Source of the DNA: a candidate division WOR-3 bacterium
GTDB lineage: Bacteria; Hydrothermota; Tepidihabitantia; SM23-42; JAOAFX01
Direction of reading: 5' to 3'
Assembly (NCBI GenBank): GCA_037444665.1
Contig: JBBILZ010000023.1
Span: 1 to 35,679, forward strand
DNA length: 35,679 nucleotides
Both the position numbers and the translations under genes were made by a program. Positions within the stretch are counted from its first letter, which is position 1. Each line of letters begins with the position of its first letter. The notes beneath the pieces are model-generated. The model made no database searches. It was given only the letters and a program-made list of their open reading frames with translations, and was not told the origin of the DNA. This document shows positions 28,102 to 35,679 of the stretch, in pieces.

Positions 28102-28839
28102 CTACCAGCAAAACCGTCTTAACCAGGGGAAAATTGTGAAAATAATATTATCCAATCTTTCAAAGAAATTTTTCAATGGGATGAAGCAGGATAATTTATA
28201 AAAAGGTGCGGCAATAAGAGTGAGAAGGTAGTAAAACTTAAATTCAAAATTTGGAAATTCCTCAGCAATAAAATATAAATCTTTCATCTTCAAAGGATGT
28301 TCATCCCTTGAATGTAATCCAGGTGTCAAAAAACGGAATAAATTAATAAATGGATTATGTCCCATAGGTTCTTTAAAAACAGCTTTTCCACCGGGTTTTA
28401 GCACACGCCGAATTTCAGGAATAACTTTTTTAAGGTTAAGATGATGCAAAATAGATTGACCATAAACCATATCAAATTCATTATTTTGAAATTCTAATTT
28501 TTCAGCATCCATAATTCTAAAATCTATTTTAAGATTTTCCTTGTTAGCAATCATTTGTGCTTGTTTTATTGCATAGTTGGAAATATCAATTGCCGTAACA
28601 TCTGATCCCTTGCGTGCCATAGGAATTGCATAACTGCCTAAACCACATCCAATTTCCAACACTCTCTTTGCCACACATTGTGATAATAGTTCCATAAAAT
28701 CTTTATAAATACTTTCATTAATTGAATAGAATACCGTCAATTTATTACGTACACCAGTTTCAAAAATTTTATTATGAAAATCTTTCTCCCTTGTTTTTCT
28801 ATTGGTTTCAAAATTTAAATTATTATTTTTTTGTATCAT
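28102..28839 (-). CDS. Class I SAM-dependent methyltransferase, possibly truncated by an amber stop
   Basis: VLEIGCGLG, AIDIS, MDAEKL, ILHHL, RVLKPGG; the frame continues VLIILDHKTEKN to TAA at 28063. Confidence 0.88.
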   Translation of the reverse strand: MIQKNNNLNFETNRKTREKDFHNKIFETGVRNKLTVFYSINESIYKDFMELLSQCVAKRVLEIGCGLGSYAIPMARKGSDVTAIDISNYAIKQAQMIANKENLKIDFRIMDAEKLEFQNNEFDMVYGQSILHHLNLKKVIPEIRRVLKPGGKAVFKEPMGHNPFINLFRFLTPGLHSRDEHPLKMKDLYFIAEEFPNFEFKFYYLLTLIAAPFYKLSCFIPLKNFFERLDNIIFTIFPWLRRFCW

Positions 28840-28867
28840 TAGTTTATATATTATATTATTTTTTTTA

Positions 28868-28910
28868 CCTGTCAAGAGCTTATTGACAGGCGGATTTTAT
28901 TAATTATAAT
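28868..28910 (+). promoter_or_regulatory. hslV promoter with a back-to-back divergent -35
   Basis: Consensus TTGACA(28883)-N16-TATAAT(28905-28910); IR CCTGTCAA-N7-TTGACAGG provides a minus-strand TTGACA facing the methyltransferase. Confidence 0.75.
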
Positions 28911-28915
28911 TGAGT

Positions 28916-29443
28916 ATGCAGGCAACTACTATTTTAGGAATTCGGCGCAACGGTAAGGTTGCAATTGGCTGCGATGGTCAGGTGACAACCGGCGAAACAG
29001 TAATGAAACAACGGGCAAAAAAGATTCGTAAAATGTATAATGACAAAATCCTTGTTGGATTTGCCGGTGCTACTGCAGATGCCTTAACACTTTTTGAAAG
29101 ATTTGAGGCAAAACTTGAAGAATTCAGGGGTAATCTACCGCGCAGTGTGGTTGAACTTGCCAAGGACTGGCGCCAGGATAAGATTCTACGCCGGCTTGAG
29201 GCATTTCTTGCAATCCTTGATAAAGACCATTCGTATATTATCTCAGGAGCAGGCGATGTAATTGAACCTGATGATGGCATTGTTGCCATAGGTTCGGGTG
29301 CGCCTTATGCCCTGGCTGCTGCCCGTGCCCTATTTAAATATACAGAACTCTCAGCAAAGGAAATCGTTGAAGAGTCAATAAAAATCGCAGCACAGATATG
29401 TATCTATACTAATACGGAAATTTCCATTGAGGAATTAACATAA
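28916..29443 (+). CDS. hslV: ATP-dependent protease peptidase subunit HslV
   Basis: [48 protein letters not shown]. Confidence 0.96.
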   Translation: MQATTILGIRRNGKVAIGCDGQVTTGETVMKQRAKKIRKMYNDKILVGFAGATADALTLFERFEAKLEEFRGNLPRSVVELAKDWRQDKILRRLEAFLAILDKDHSYIISGAGDVIEPDDGIVAIGSGAPYALAAARALFKYTELSAKEIVEESIKIAAQICIYTNTEISIEELT

Positions 29444-29458
29444 TTAAAATAGTAATGA

Positions 29459-29564
29459 TTTAGCCACCCTGAAATTGTAATTGCTTGATTTATCAAGCAC
29501 CAAAGAGAGCCCAATGCTCCGTCCCGATGGGACGAGAGTCCCTTCAGAAAATTGGGCAACTATA
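29459..29564. repeat. Dispersed REP-like repeat, copy 1
   Basis: Same orientation as, and nearly identical to, 32762-32868 (five substitutions plus a short variable spacer). Confidence 0.9.
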
Positions 29565-29580
29565 AAAGCAGTAGTAATCT

Positions 29581-30417
29581 TTATTTAATCCGCAAAAGAA
29601 TTAATTTTAGTTTCTTCAATGCATTATCCCTTATCTGCCTTACCCTCTCTTTTGTAATATTCATTAAACGACTTATCTCTTCCAGACTCTGCATTTCATA
29701 ATCACCAAGGCCAAAATTTCTTTCCACAATATCCCGCTCCCGCGGTGAAAGTTTTTTTAATGCCTCCTGTATTTTTTCGGCATCCTGCCTTTTCCTTAAA
29801 ATCTCCTCAGGCGATGGCACAACAAGTTTTTCTGAAGTTTTTTGATCAATAGACAATACTTCAATCAAAGGGCTTGAATCATCATCCCCTGTTTCATCCA
29901 GTGAGATTACTGGTAATAGTTCAGTAAGGGCATTGGTTACCTGATGAGTTGAAACCTTTAAATGTCGGGCAATCTCTTGAATTGTAGGTTCCCTGCCTTT
30001 ATCCTGAACAAAAGTGGGAATAAATGCTTTAATTCTTTTTGCCAGATGGCTCTTTGGCACAATCTCATAGTCTACATAAATAGCCTTATATATCGCCCTT
30101 TTAATCCACCATGTTGAGTAAGTACTGAATCGGTAACCTTTGCGGTGGTCAAATTTTTCTACTGCGTGCATAAGCCCCTGAGTGCCAGCATTGATCAATT
30201 CACTCAGGGGCAACCCATAATCAAGAAAATTCTTACATATATGCAATACAATTCTTAGATTTGAAAGAATCAGCTTTTCTTTTGCTTCGTTATCTCCCTT
30301 TTCCCTTATACTTCTGGCAAGTTTTAATTCTTCTTCTTTTGTTAGAACTGGATACTTTGAAATCTCATCAAAAAATTGTTTTAATCCTCTTTCGGTTAGA
30401 CTCCTCAGTCTTCGCAT
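29581..30417 (-). CDS. sigma70-family (RpoD-like, no region 1.1) alternative sigma factor
   Basis: Region 1.2 VLTKEEE; region 2 NLRIV...GLMHAVEKFDHRKGYRFSTYSTWWI; region 4 SLEEI...TKERVRQI. Confidence 0.92.
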   Translation of the reverse strand: MRRLRSLTERGLKQFFDEISKYPVLTKEEELKLARSIREKGDNEAKEKLILSNLRIVLHICKNFLDYGLPLSELINAGTQGLMHAVEKFDHRKGYRFSTYSTWWIKRAIYKAIYVDYEIVPKSHLAKRIKAFIPTFVQDKGREPTIQEIARHLKVSTHQVTNALTELLPVISLDETGDDDSSPLIEVLSIDQKTSEKLVVPSPEEILRKRQDAEKIQEALKKLSPRERDIVERNFGLGDYEMQSLEEISRLMNITKERVRQIRDNALKKLKLILLRIK

Positions 30418-30420
30418 CAA

Positions 30421-31911
30421 TCAAGGGGTTAATGCTACATATCTCTTTCTCTCTGCCCGCTGGATTTGAAACACTACAGGCTTACCCTTTTTCAAATTCT
30501 TCACCGCATCCCTGAAATCGCTCATATTTTCAATTTCTTTATTTCCAATACCAATAATCACATCTCCTATTTGAATACCTGATTCTTCGGCAGGCGAATT
30601 TGATTCTATGTTAACCACGACAACACCTTTTTTTACGCTAAGATTATAGCTCTTTGCTTCAGGGCTGTCAATATCCACTACCTGTAATCCAAGCTGAGTT
30701 TCCTGTTCTTCACCACTTTGTGCAACGGGCTGAGTTTCCATCTCACCAATTTTCACATTTAAACTCATTTCCTTACCATTTCTTATCAATTTTAATTTTA
30801 CAGTCTTGCCCGGAGATGTTGAGGCAACACGCAGCCGAAATGACTGGACATCAGTTACCTTTTCTCCATTGAATTCAATTATTACATCTCCATCTTTAAT
30901 ACCAGCTCTATCTGCGGGTGAATCCTTAATAACTTCATTTATTAGCACACCTTCAAGAGATGATAGATTGAGCGCTTCTTTCATATCTTCGGTAAGGTCT
31001 TCAAGATAGACCCCAAGATAGCCGCGCGTCACCTTTCCTTTTGTTTTTAATTCGTCAATAATCGTCTTTGCAAGATTGATGGGTATGGCAAATCCAATAC
31101 CAATATTGCCTCCGCTTGTAGAAGTAATTGCGGTATTTATGCCAATTACTTCGCCCTGCAGGTTTAAAAGAGGACCACCTGAATTACCCGGATTGATTGC
31201 GGCATCGGTTTGCAAAAAATTCTGAAAATCTGGCCCTTCACTGAGTGGGATATGACTCCTTCCTTTTGCCGAGATGACGCCGACCGTAACCGTTCCTTCA
31301 AGATTGAATGGATTACCTACAGCCATTACCCAATCGCCTACCCGTATTTTATCAGAATCACCCAATTTCAAATAGGGAAGTTTCTCTTTTGTTTCAATCT
31401 TAAGCAAAGCAATGTCGGTCCGCGAATCTGAACCAATAATCTTTACCTCCTTGCCTTTGTATTCTTTTTTGTTGGTCAATCTAATGATAATATTTGAAGC
31501 ATCTTTAATCACATGGTGGTTTGTCACCAGATAACCATCTTCTGAGATAATAAATCCAGAGCCGAGGCTCCGTGTTTTGCTTTCACCAGGAGGTAAATTT
31601 TTAAAAAAATCTCGGAAAAAATCTTCAAATGGACCGCGAAAATTCCATTCAAAATTATCAAAATTCGTTTTTATGGTCCGCTCTGCTGAAATATTTACAA
31701 CTGCTGGAGAAACCATTTCAGCAACTTTGGTAAAGGGACTCTCGCTATTTTCAGTTATAATTGGATTAATGCTACCCGTCCCCTGACTCGCTTCAGTTCG
31801 GTTTGATAAAACCGGAATGCCGACACTAATAATCAATCCAAAAAGGAATGCAAATATTGCCGCAACACCAGCAATAATTCCTGCTGCTTTTAGAGATATT
31901 TTTCCTTCCAT
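30421..31911 (-). CDS. degP: Do/DegQ-family (HtrA) serine endoprotease with two PDZ domains
   Basis: TNHHV, TDIAL, QTDAAINPGNSGGPL; N-terminal TM/signal; two PDZ domains (DSPA, NSPA). Confidence 0.93.
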   Translation of the reverse strand: MEGKISLKAAGIIAGVAAIFAFLFGLIISVGIPVLSNRTEASQGTGSINPIITENSESPFTKVAEMVSPAVVNISAERTIKTNFDNFEWNFRGPFEDFFRDFFKNLPPGESKTRSLGSGFIISEDGYLVTNHHVIKDASNIIIRLTNKKEYKGKEVKIIGSDSRTDIALLKIETKEKLPYLKLGDSDKIRVGDWVMAVGNPFNLEGTVTVGVISAKGRSHIPLSEGPDFQNFLQTDAAINPGNSGGPLLNLQGEVIGINTAITSTSGGNIGIGFAIPINLAKTIIDELKTKGKVTRGYLGVYLEDLTEDMKEALNLSSLEGVLINEVIKDSPADRAGIKDGDVIIEFNGEKVTDVQSFRLRVASTSPGKTVKLKLIRNGKEMSLNVKIGEMETQPVAQSGEEQETQLGLQVVDIDSPEAKSYNLSVKKGVVVVNIESNSPAEESGIQIGDVIIGIGNKEIENMSDFRDAVKNLKKGKPVVFQIQRAERKRYVALTP

Positions 31912-31936
31912 TATTTCACACTCCCATTTTATTCTT

Positions 31937-32386
31937 TTATTTTACCTCAACCTCTACTTCTTTTGACTTATATGTCTCAGGTTTAGGTAAGGTTATATGC
32001 AGAACACCATCTTTATAAACTGCCTTTATTTTATTCACATCCACTTCACTGGGCAGAGAAATTGTCCGGGAAAATTTTCCATATTGTCTTTCAACCCGAT
32101 GATAAGTCTTACCTTTTACCTCTTCTTCCTGCTTCCTTTCACCGGCAATTGTTAGAAGATTACCCCGAACTGAGATCTTTACATCCTCTTTTTTCAAACC
32201 GGGCAACTCTGCCTTCACCATAAAGTTTTCATTATCCTCTTCAATATCAAGAACCGGCAACCAGATACCTTCGGATTCCTCAGTCAGATGCCTTCCAAAA
32301 AATGTGTTAAAGAGACGGTCCATATCATCGCGTAATGAGATAAGTTCTCTGAAAGGGTCATATCTTTTTATTGGTCTATCTGCCAT
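31937..32386 (-). CDS. Hsp20/alpha-crystallin small heat-shock protein
   Basis: AELPG, ERQYGKFSRTISLP, AVYKDGVLHITLPK; SD AAGGAGGTG. Confidence 0.95.
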   Translation of the reverse strand: MADRPIKRYDPFRELISLRDDMDRLFNTFFGRHLTEESEGIWLPVLDIEEDNENFMVKAELPGLKKEDVKISVRGNLLTIAGERKQEEEVKGKTYHRVERQYGKFSRTISLPSEVDVNKIKAVYKDGVLHITLPKPETYKSKEVEVEVK

Positions 32387-32400
32387 AGTGCACCTCCTTA

Positions 32401-32706
32401 TTATTTATGCTTTTGTCCGATTGTTTTGTATTGTTGCTCTTTCTTTTTTATTTCATTTTTAAGTTTTTTTATCTTTTGGACAATATGCTTAATCTTCTGA
32501 TTATTCTTAAAATCTTCATTTCCCTTTATAGGGAAAAATTCATAAAAATTCTTACCAAGTTCATTGAACATCATTTCCAATTGCCTCTTTAATTCAAATA
32601 TCTCAATCTTAAGTCTGCCCTTCATCGTTAAATCACCTGCTTCTTTGCTCAATACCCTGGATGCATCCTCAAGCCAGCGTGAAAAATCATCAAAAAATTT
32701 TGCCAT
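32401..32706 (-). CDS. Hypothetical helical/coiled-coil protein
   Basis: 101-aa ORF with SD-like AGGGGG; first gene of the hsp20-degP-sigma run. Confidence 0.75.
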   Translation of the reverse strand: MAKFFDDFSRWLEDASRVLSKEAGDLTMKGRLKIEIFELKRQLEMMFNELGKNFYEFFPIKGNEDFKNNQKIKHIVQKIKKLKNEIKKKEQQYKTIGQKHK

Positions 32707-32761
32707 ATAACCCCCTGATATTTTTTAGACAAAACTATAGTAGAAGAGTTTATCTATCAAG

Positions 32762-32868
32762 TTTAGCCATCCTGAAATTGTAGTTGCTTGATTTATCAAG
32801 CACCACCAAAAAGCCCAATGCTCCGTCCCGATGGGACGAGAGTCCCTTCGGAAAATTGGGTAACTACA
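32762..32868. repeat. Dispersed REP-like repeat, copy 2
   Basis: TGTAGTT...AACTACA termini; hairpins TGCTTGAT-TT-ATCAAGCA, CCCAAT...ATTGGG and CGTCCC-GAT-GGGACG. Confidence 0.9.
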
Positions 32869-32947
32869 TTGATTTAATTCCATTTTTTAGAAGGGCTAAC
32901 TTATCAGGTACAAAAAGTTTAAGTTGGTTTTGTTGGTAGTAAAAGAT

Positions 32948-33505
32948 TTATACTTCTCTGATCTCTTTTTCTTTTTTCTTTAAAATCTCATCAACTTTTT
33001 TTATGTATTCATCGGTCATCTTCTGAATCTCTTCCTGTGCCTTAAAAGAATCGTCCTTTGATATTTTTTTGTCTTTTTCAATCTTTTTCAATTCATTGTT
33101 TGCATCCCTTCTAATGTTCCTTATGGCAATCCTTGATTCTTCAGCCAGTTTTTGAGACAATTTTACAAGTTCTTCCCTACGTTCACTGGTTAATGGCGGA
33201 AGGGAAAGCCTTATGACATTGCCATCATTATTTGGGGTAAGGCCCAGGTCAGCCTTATAAATAGCCTTTTCAATTGAACCAAGTGCCTGTTTATCCCAGG
33301 GTTGTATTACAATCAACCGTGGTTCAGGAATGCTAATACTTGCCATTTGATTTAATGGTAAAAGGCTATCATAATATTCAACCTTTACACCATCCAGAAG
33401 TGCAGGCGTTGCCCTGCCCGTGCGGATCTTTGCAAATTCCTGGCTCAAAAGATTTATTGATTTATCCATCTTTTGTCTTGCATCATCCTTAATTTTTTGT
33501 ATCAT
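32948..33505 (-). CDS. frr: Ribosome recycling factor
   Basis: IRTGRATP, IQPWDK, LGLTPNNDG, AIRNIRRDAN. Confidence 0.97.
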   Translation of the reverse strand: MIQKIKDDARQKMDKSINLLSQEFAKIRTGRATPALLDGVKVEYYDSLLPLNQMASISIPEPRLIVIQPWDKQALGSIEKAIYKADLGLTPNNDGNVIRLSLPPLTSERREELVKLSQKLAEESRIAIRNIRRDANNELKKIEKDKKISKDDSFKAQEEIQKMTDEYIKKVDEILKKKEKEIREV

Positions 33506-33526
33506 AATCTTTCCTCCATAAAATAT

Positions 33527-34234
33527 TTAATGAACAATTGTTCCAATGTTTTCCCCAGCTATGATCTTCCTCAAAGGATACTTCATCAAATTATAGACGC
33601 AGATAGGAATCTTTGCTTGCTGACAGATTCTGAACGCAGTTATATCCATCACTTTCAAATTTTTATCTATCGCCGTTTGATAATCTACATCACGATATAG
33701 TTTTGCAGTTCTATCTTTCCTGGGGTCAGCCGAATAAACACCTTCAACCTTGGTGCCTTTTATAAGAATTTGCGCAGACAATTCAACTGCCCTTAAGGCA
33801 GCTGCTGTATCTGTAGTAAATAATGGGTTACCTGTTCCTCCAGTCAGTATGATAATATCGCCTCTATTGTAAATGTCCTCACATTCAAATTTATTAAATG
33901 GCTCAATCAGACCAGAAATTCCAAAACTGCTCCTCAAACAAACCCTACTTATCTTTTTCTTCAGATTAGAATAGAGTGCCATACCATTGATCGCTGTGGC
34001 AACCATACCGCAGAAATCTGCATCAACCGGGTTTAACCAGGATTGGGATTGACCCCTGATAATATTCCCACCACCAATCACTATACCAATTTTAACACCA
34101 AGTTTATGGACTGAAATAATCTGGTCGCCAAGATATTGTAATATCCGAAAATTCAGGACTTCATCATTGTTACCAAGTATTTCACCGGAAATTTTTAAAA
34201 GAATTTTCTTGTATTTTATCTTAATACTACTCAC
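33527..34234 (-). CDS. pyrH: UMP kinase
   Basis: LLKISGE, GGGNIIRG, GTGNPLFTTDTAAALRA, GVYSADP; start uncertain (GTG overlapping the tsf end). Confidence 0.95.
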   Translation of the reverse strand: MSSIKIKYKKILLKISGEILGNNDEVLNFRILQYLGDQIISVHKLGVKIGIVIGGGNIIRGQSQSWLNPVDADFCGMVATAINGMALYSNLKKKISRVCLRSSFGISGLIEPFNKFECEDIYNRGDIIILTGGTGNPLFTTDTAAALRAVELSAQILIKGTKVEGVYSADPRKDRTAKLYRDVDYQTAIDKNLKVMDITAFRICQQAKIPICVYNLMKYPLRKIIAGENIGTIVH

Positions 34235-34814
34235 CGAGGCGAAAACGGGTAAATCTTCTAATCACAATATTTTCGCCAAATTTTGCAATCTGTTCTTTCA
34301 GATAATCGCCTACTGTTTTCTCTGGTATTTTTACAAATGGTTGTTCTAACAAACAGACAGAATTATAAAACTTCTCCATCTTACCTTCAATAATCTTCTC
34401 AATTATTTCAGGTGGTTTTTTGACATCCTGCATTTGGCTACGATAAATATCTTTTTCCCGTGCAATAATATCAGGAGACAATTCTTCCCTGCTCACCACA
34501 AGGGGTTCACTGGCAGCAATCTGTAATGCAATATCCCTGACAAATCTGCGAAAATCCTGGTTACGTGCAACAAAATCGGTCTCACAATTCACCTCAACAA
34601 GCACTCCGAGCCGGTCACCAGGATGGATATAGGCATCAATAATACCTTCTTTTGTTACCCTGCCAACTTTCTTAGCCGCAAGGGCAAGTCCTTTTTTTCT
34701 TAATATATCTACGGCCTGTTCAATGTCACCTTTTGACTGGGCAAGGGCATCTTTACAATCAACAATGCCAGCACCGGTTCTTTCTCTTAATTCTCTAATC
34801 TTTTCCATATCCAT
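34227..34814 (-). CDS. tsf: Elongation factor Ts (short form, 195 aa)
   Basis: LRERTGAGIVDCKDAL, EVNCETDFVA, LLEQPFVK; ATG 34814 with SD AAGGAG. Confidence 0.97.
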   Translation of the reverse strand: MDMEKIRELRERTGAGIVDCKDALAQSKGDIEQAVDILRKKGLALAAKKVGRVTKEGIIDAYIHPGDRLGVLVEVNCETDFVARNQDFRRFVRDIALQIAASEPLVVSREELSPDIIAREKDIYRSQMQDVKKPPEIIEKIIEGKMEKFYNSVCLLEQPFVKIPEKTVGDYLKEQIAKFGENIVIRRFTRFRLGE

Positions 34815-34815
34815 T

Positions 34816-35523
34816 TTATGTCTCCTTTTCTTCGGTCTCAAAACCTTTTCTACCTTCAATTATGGCATTAGAAATAATTTTTGTTACAAGGGAAATAGCC
34901 CTTATTGAATCATCATTACCCGGAATTGGATAGTTTATACCTGTTGGGTCAACATTTGTATCCACAATGGCAATGATTGGAATATTCATCTTTTTTGCCT
35001 CATTTACTGTGGTTTCATCTTTTATAATATCCACAATATATACCAAACCAGGTAATCTATCCATATCCTTTATGCCTTCAAAATATTTTGATAATCTGGT
35101 ATACTCCCTCTCGTATTTTGATAATTCTTTCTTGGGCAACATTGACCAGCGCCCGTCTTCTTTCATCTGCTCAAGTTCTCTAAGTCGTTGAACCCGTGTA
35201 TAGAGGATATTAAAATTGGTTAACAGACCACCAAGCCAGCGCTCAGTAATATAGAATGCACCAGCTCTTAAAGCCTCTTCTTTAATCACATCACGTGCCT
35301 GTTTCTTTGTTCCAACATAAAGTATTCCTTTTCCCTGCTCTGCAATCCGCACTGTGGCATCATAAGCCTTTCTTAATGCCTCCTGGGTCTGTCGCAAATC
35401 AATAATATGAACCCCGTTCTTCTTACCGAATATATATTTACGCATCTTTGGGTTCCAGCGCTTTGTTCTATGTCCAAAATGGATACCCGTATTAATCAAA
35501 TCCTGTAGCGAAACAATCTCCAA
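34816..35523 (-). CDS. rpsB: 30S ribosomal protein S2
   Basis: GIHFGHRTKRWNPKM, VGTKKQA, RWLGGLLTN, DTNVDP, PGNDDS; TTG start with SD AAGGAGGT. Confidence 0.98.
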   Translation of the reverse strand: MEIVSLQDLINTGIHFGHRTKRWNPKMRKYIFGKKNGVHIIDLRQTQEALRKAYDATVRIAEQGKGILYVGTKKQARDVIKEEALRAGAFYITERWLGGLLTNFNILYTRVQRLRELEQMKEDGRWSMLPKKELSKYEREYTRLSKYFEGIKDMDRLPGLVYIVDIIKDETTVNEAKKMNIPIIAIVDTNVDPTGINYPIPGNDDSIRAISLVTKIISNAIIEGRKGFETEEKET

Positions 35524-35543
35524 TTTACCTCCTTATCACCTTT

Positions 35544-35679
35544 TTATCGCTTGGAGAACTGGAATCTCTTACGCCTCTTTGCCAGTCCATATTTCATCCG
35601 TTCTTTTTCTCTGGGATCTCTCTTTAACAAACCAGCACTCTTTAGCGTAGGTCGTAATTCTGGATTGAAATTGACCAGT
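35544..35679 (-). CDS. rpsI: 30S ribosomal protein S9, 3' end (partial; absent from the ORF track)
   Basis: Translates [44 protein letters not shown]. Confidence 0.95.
   Translation of the reverse strand, partial: LVNFNPELRPTLKSAGLLKRDPREKERMKYGLAKRRKRFQFSKR

Noticed and set aside
28102..28104. Genome-wide TAG reassignment
   Set aside because: Conserved genes nadA and tsf terminate at TAG at their expected ends
29459..32868. The two 106-bp repeats as a CRISPR array or IS ends
   Set aside because: Only two long copies 3.3 kb apart, in direct orientation, with no transposase between them
32707..32947. CIRCE/HrcA operator upstream of the hsp20 operon
   Set aside because: No TTAGCACTC-N9-GAGTGCTAA; the TTAGCC and GGCTAA words present are far apart and the first belongs to the repeat flank
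121..35191. Many short ORFs antisense to or nested in long genes (e.g. 5944-6396, 12138-12521, 23398-23808, 28978-29289)
   Set aside because: They shadow well-supported genes and show no recognisable motifs

Overview
AT-rich bacterial chromosomal window, mostly on the minus strand. The envelope is diderm-like (TolC, a probable outer-membrane barrel), and the rpsI-rpsB-tsf order suggests an FCB-related lineage (inference only). Left: a tolC-MFP-ABC ATPase-permease (MacAB/YknXYZ-type) exporter. Centre (4743-23016): a tightly packed 10-gene block with its own promoter. It encodes three TPR/HEAT-CHAT caspase-like proteases with intact His/Cys dyads and export-like leaders, an M48 metalloprotease-TPR, a TPR-beta-barrel protein, a FecR/DUF928-like protein, a small secreted two-domain protein, a 4-TM protein, a possible lipoprotein and a TolB-like double propeller. 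This block separates a YknW/Yip1-like gene from the exporter and is the best candidate for an undescribed system, an envelope-located proteolytic cascade. Right: M23 peptidase, nadA, DUF1015-serA, a methyltransferase with a probable premature amber stop, hslV, an orf-hsp20-degP-sigma70 operon bracketed by two copies of a REP-like repeat, and frr-pyrH-tsf-rpsB-rpsI (partial). Six sigma70-like promoters all have a 16-bp spacer. I saw no CRISPR array, RNA gene, integrase or transposase. Domain calls are by eye from motifs; no database searches were run.
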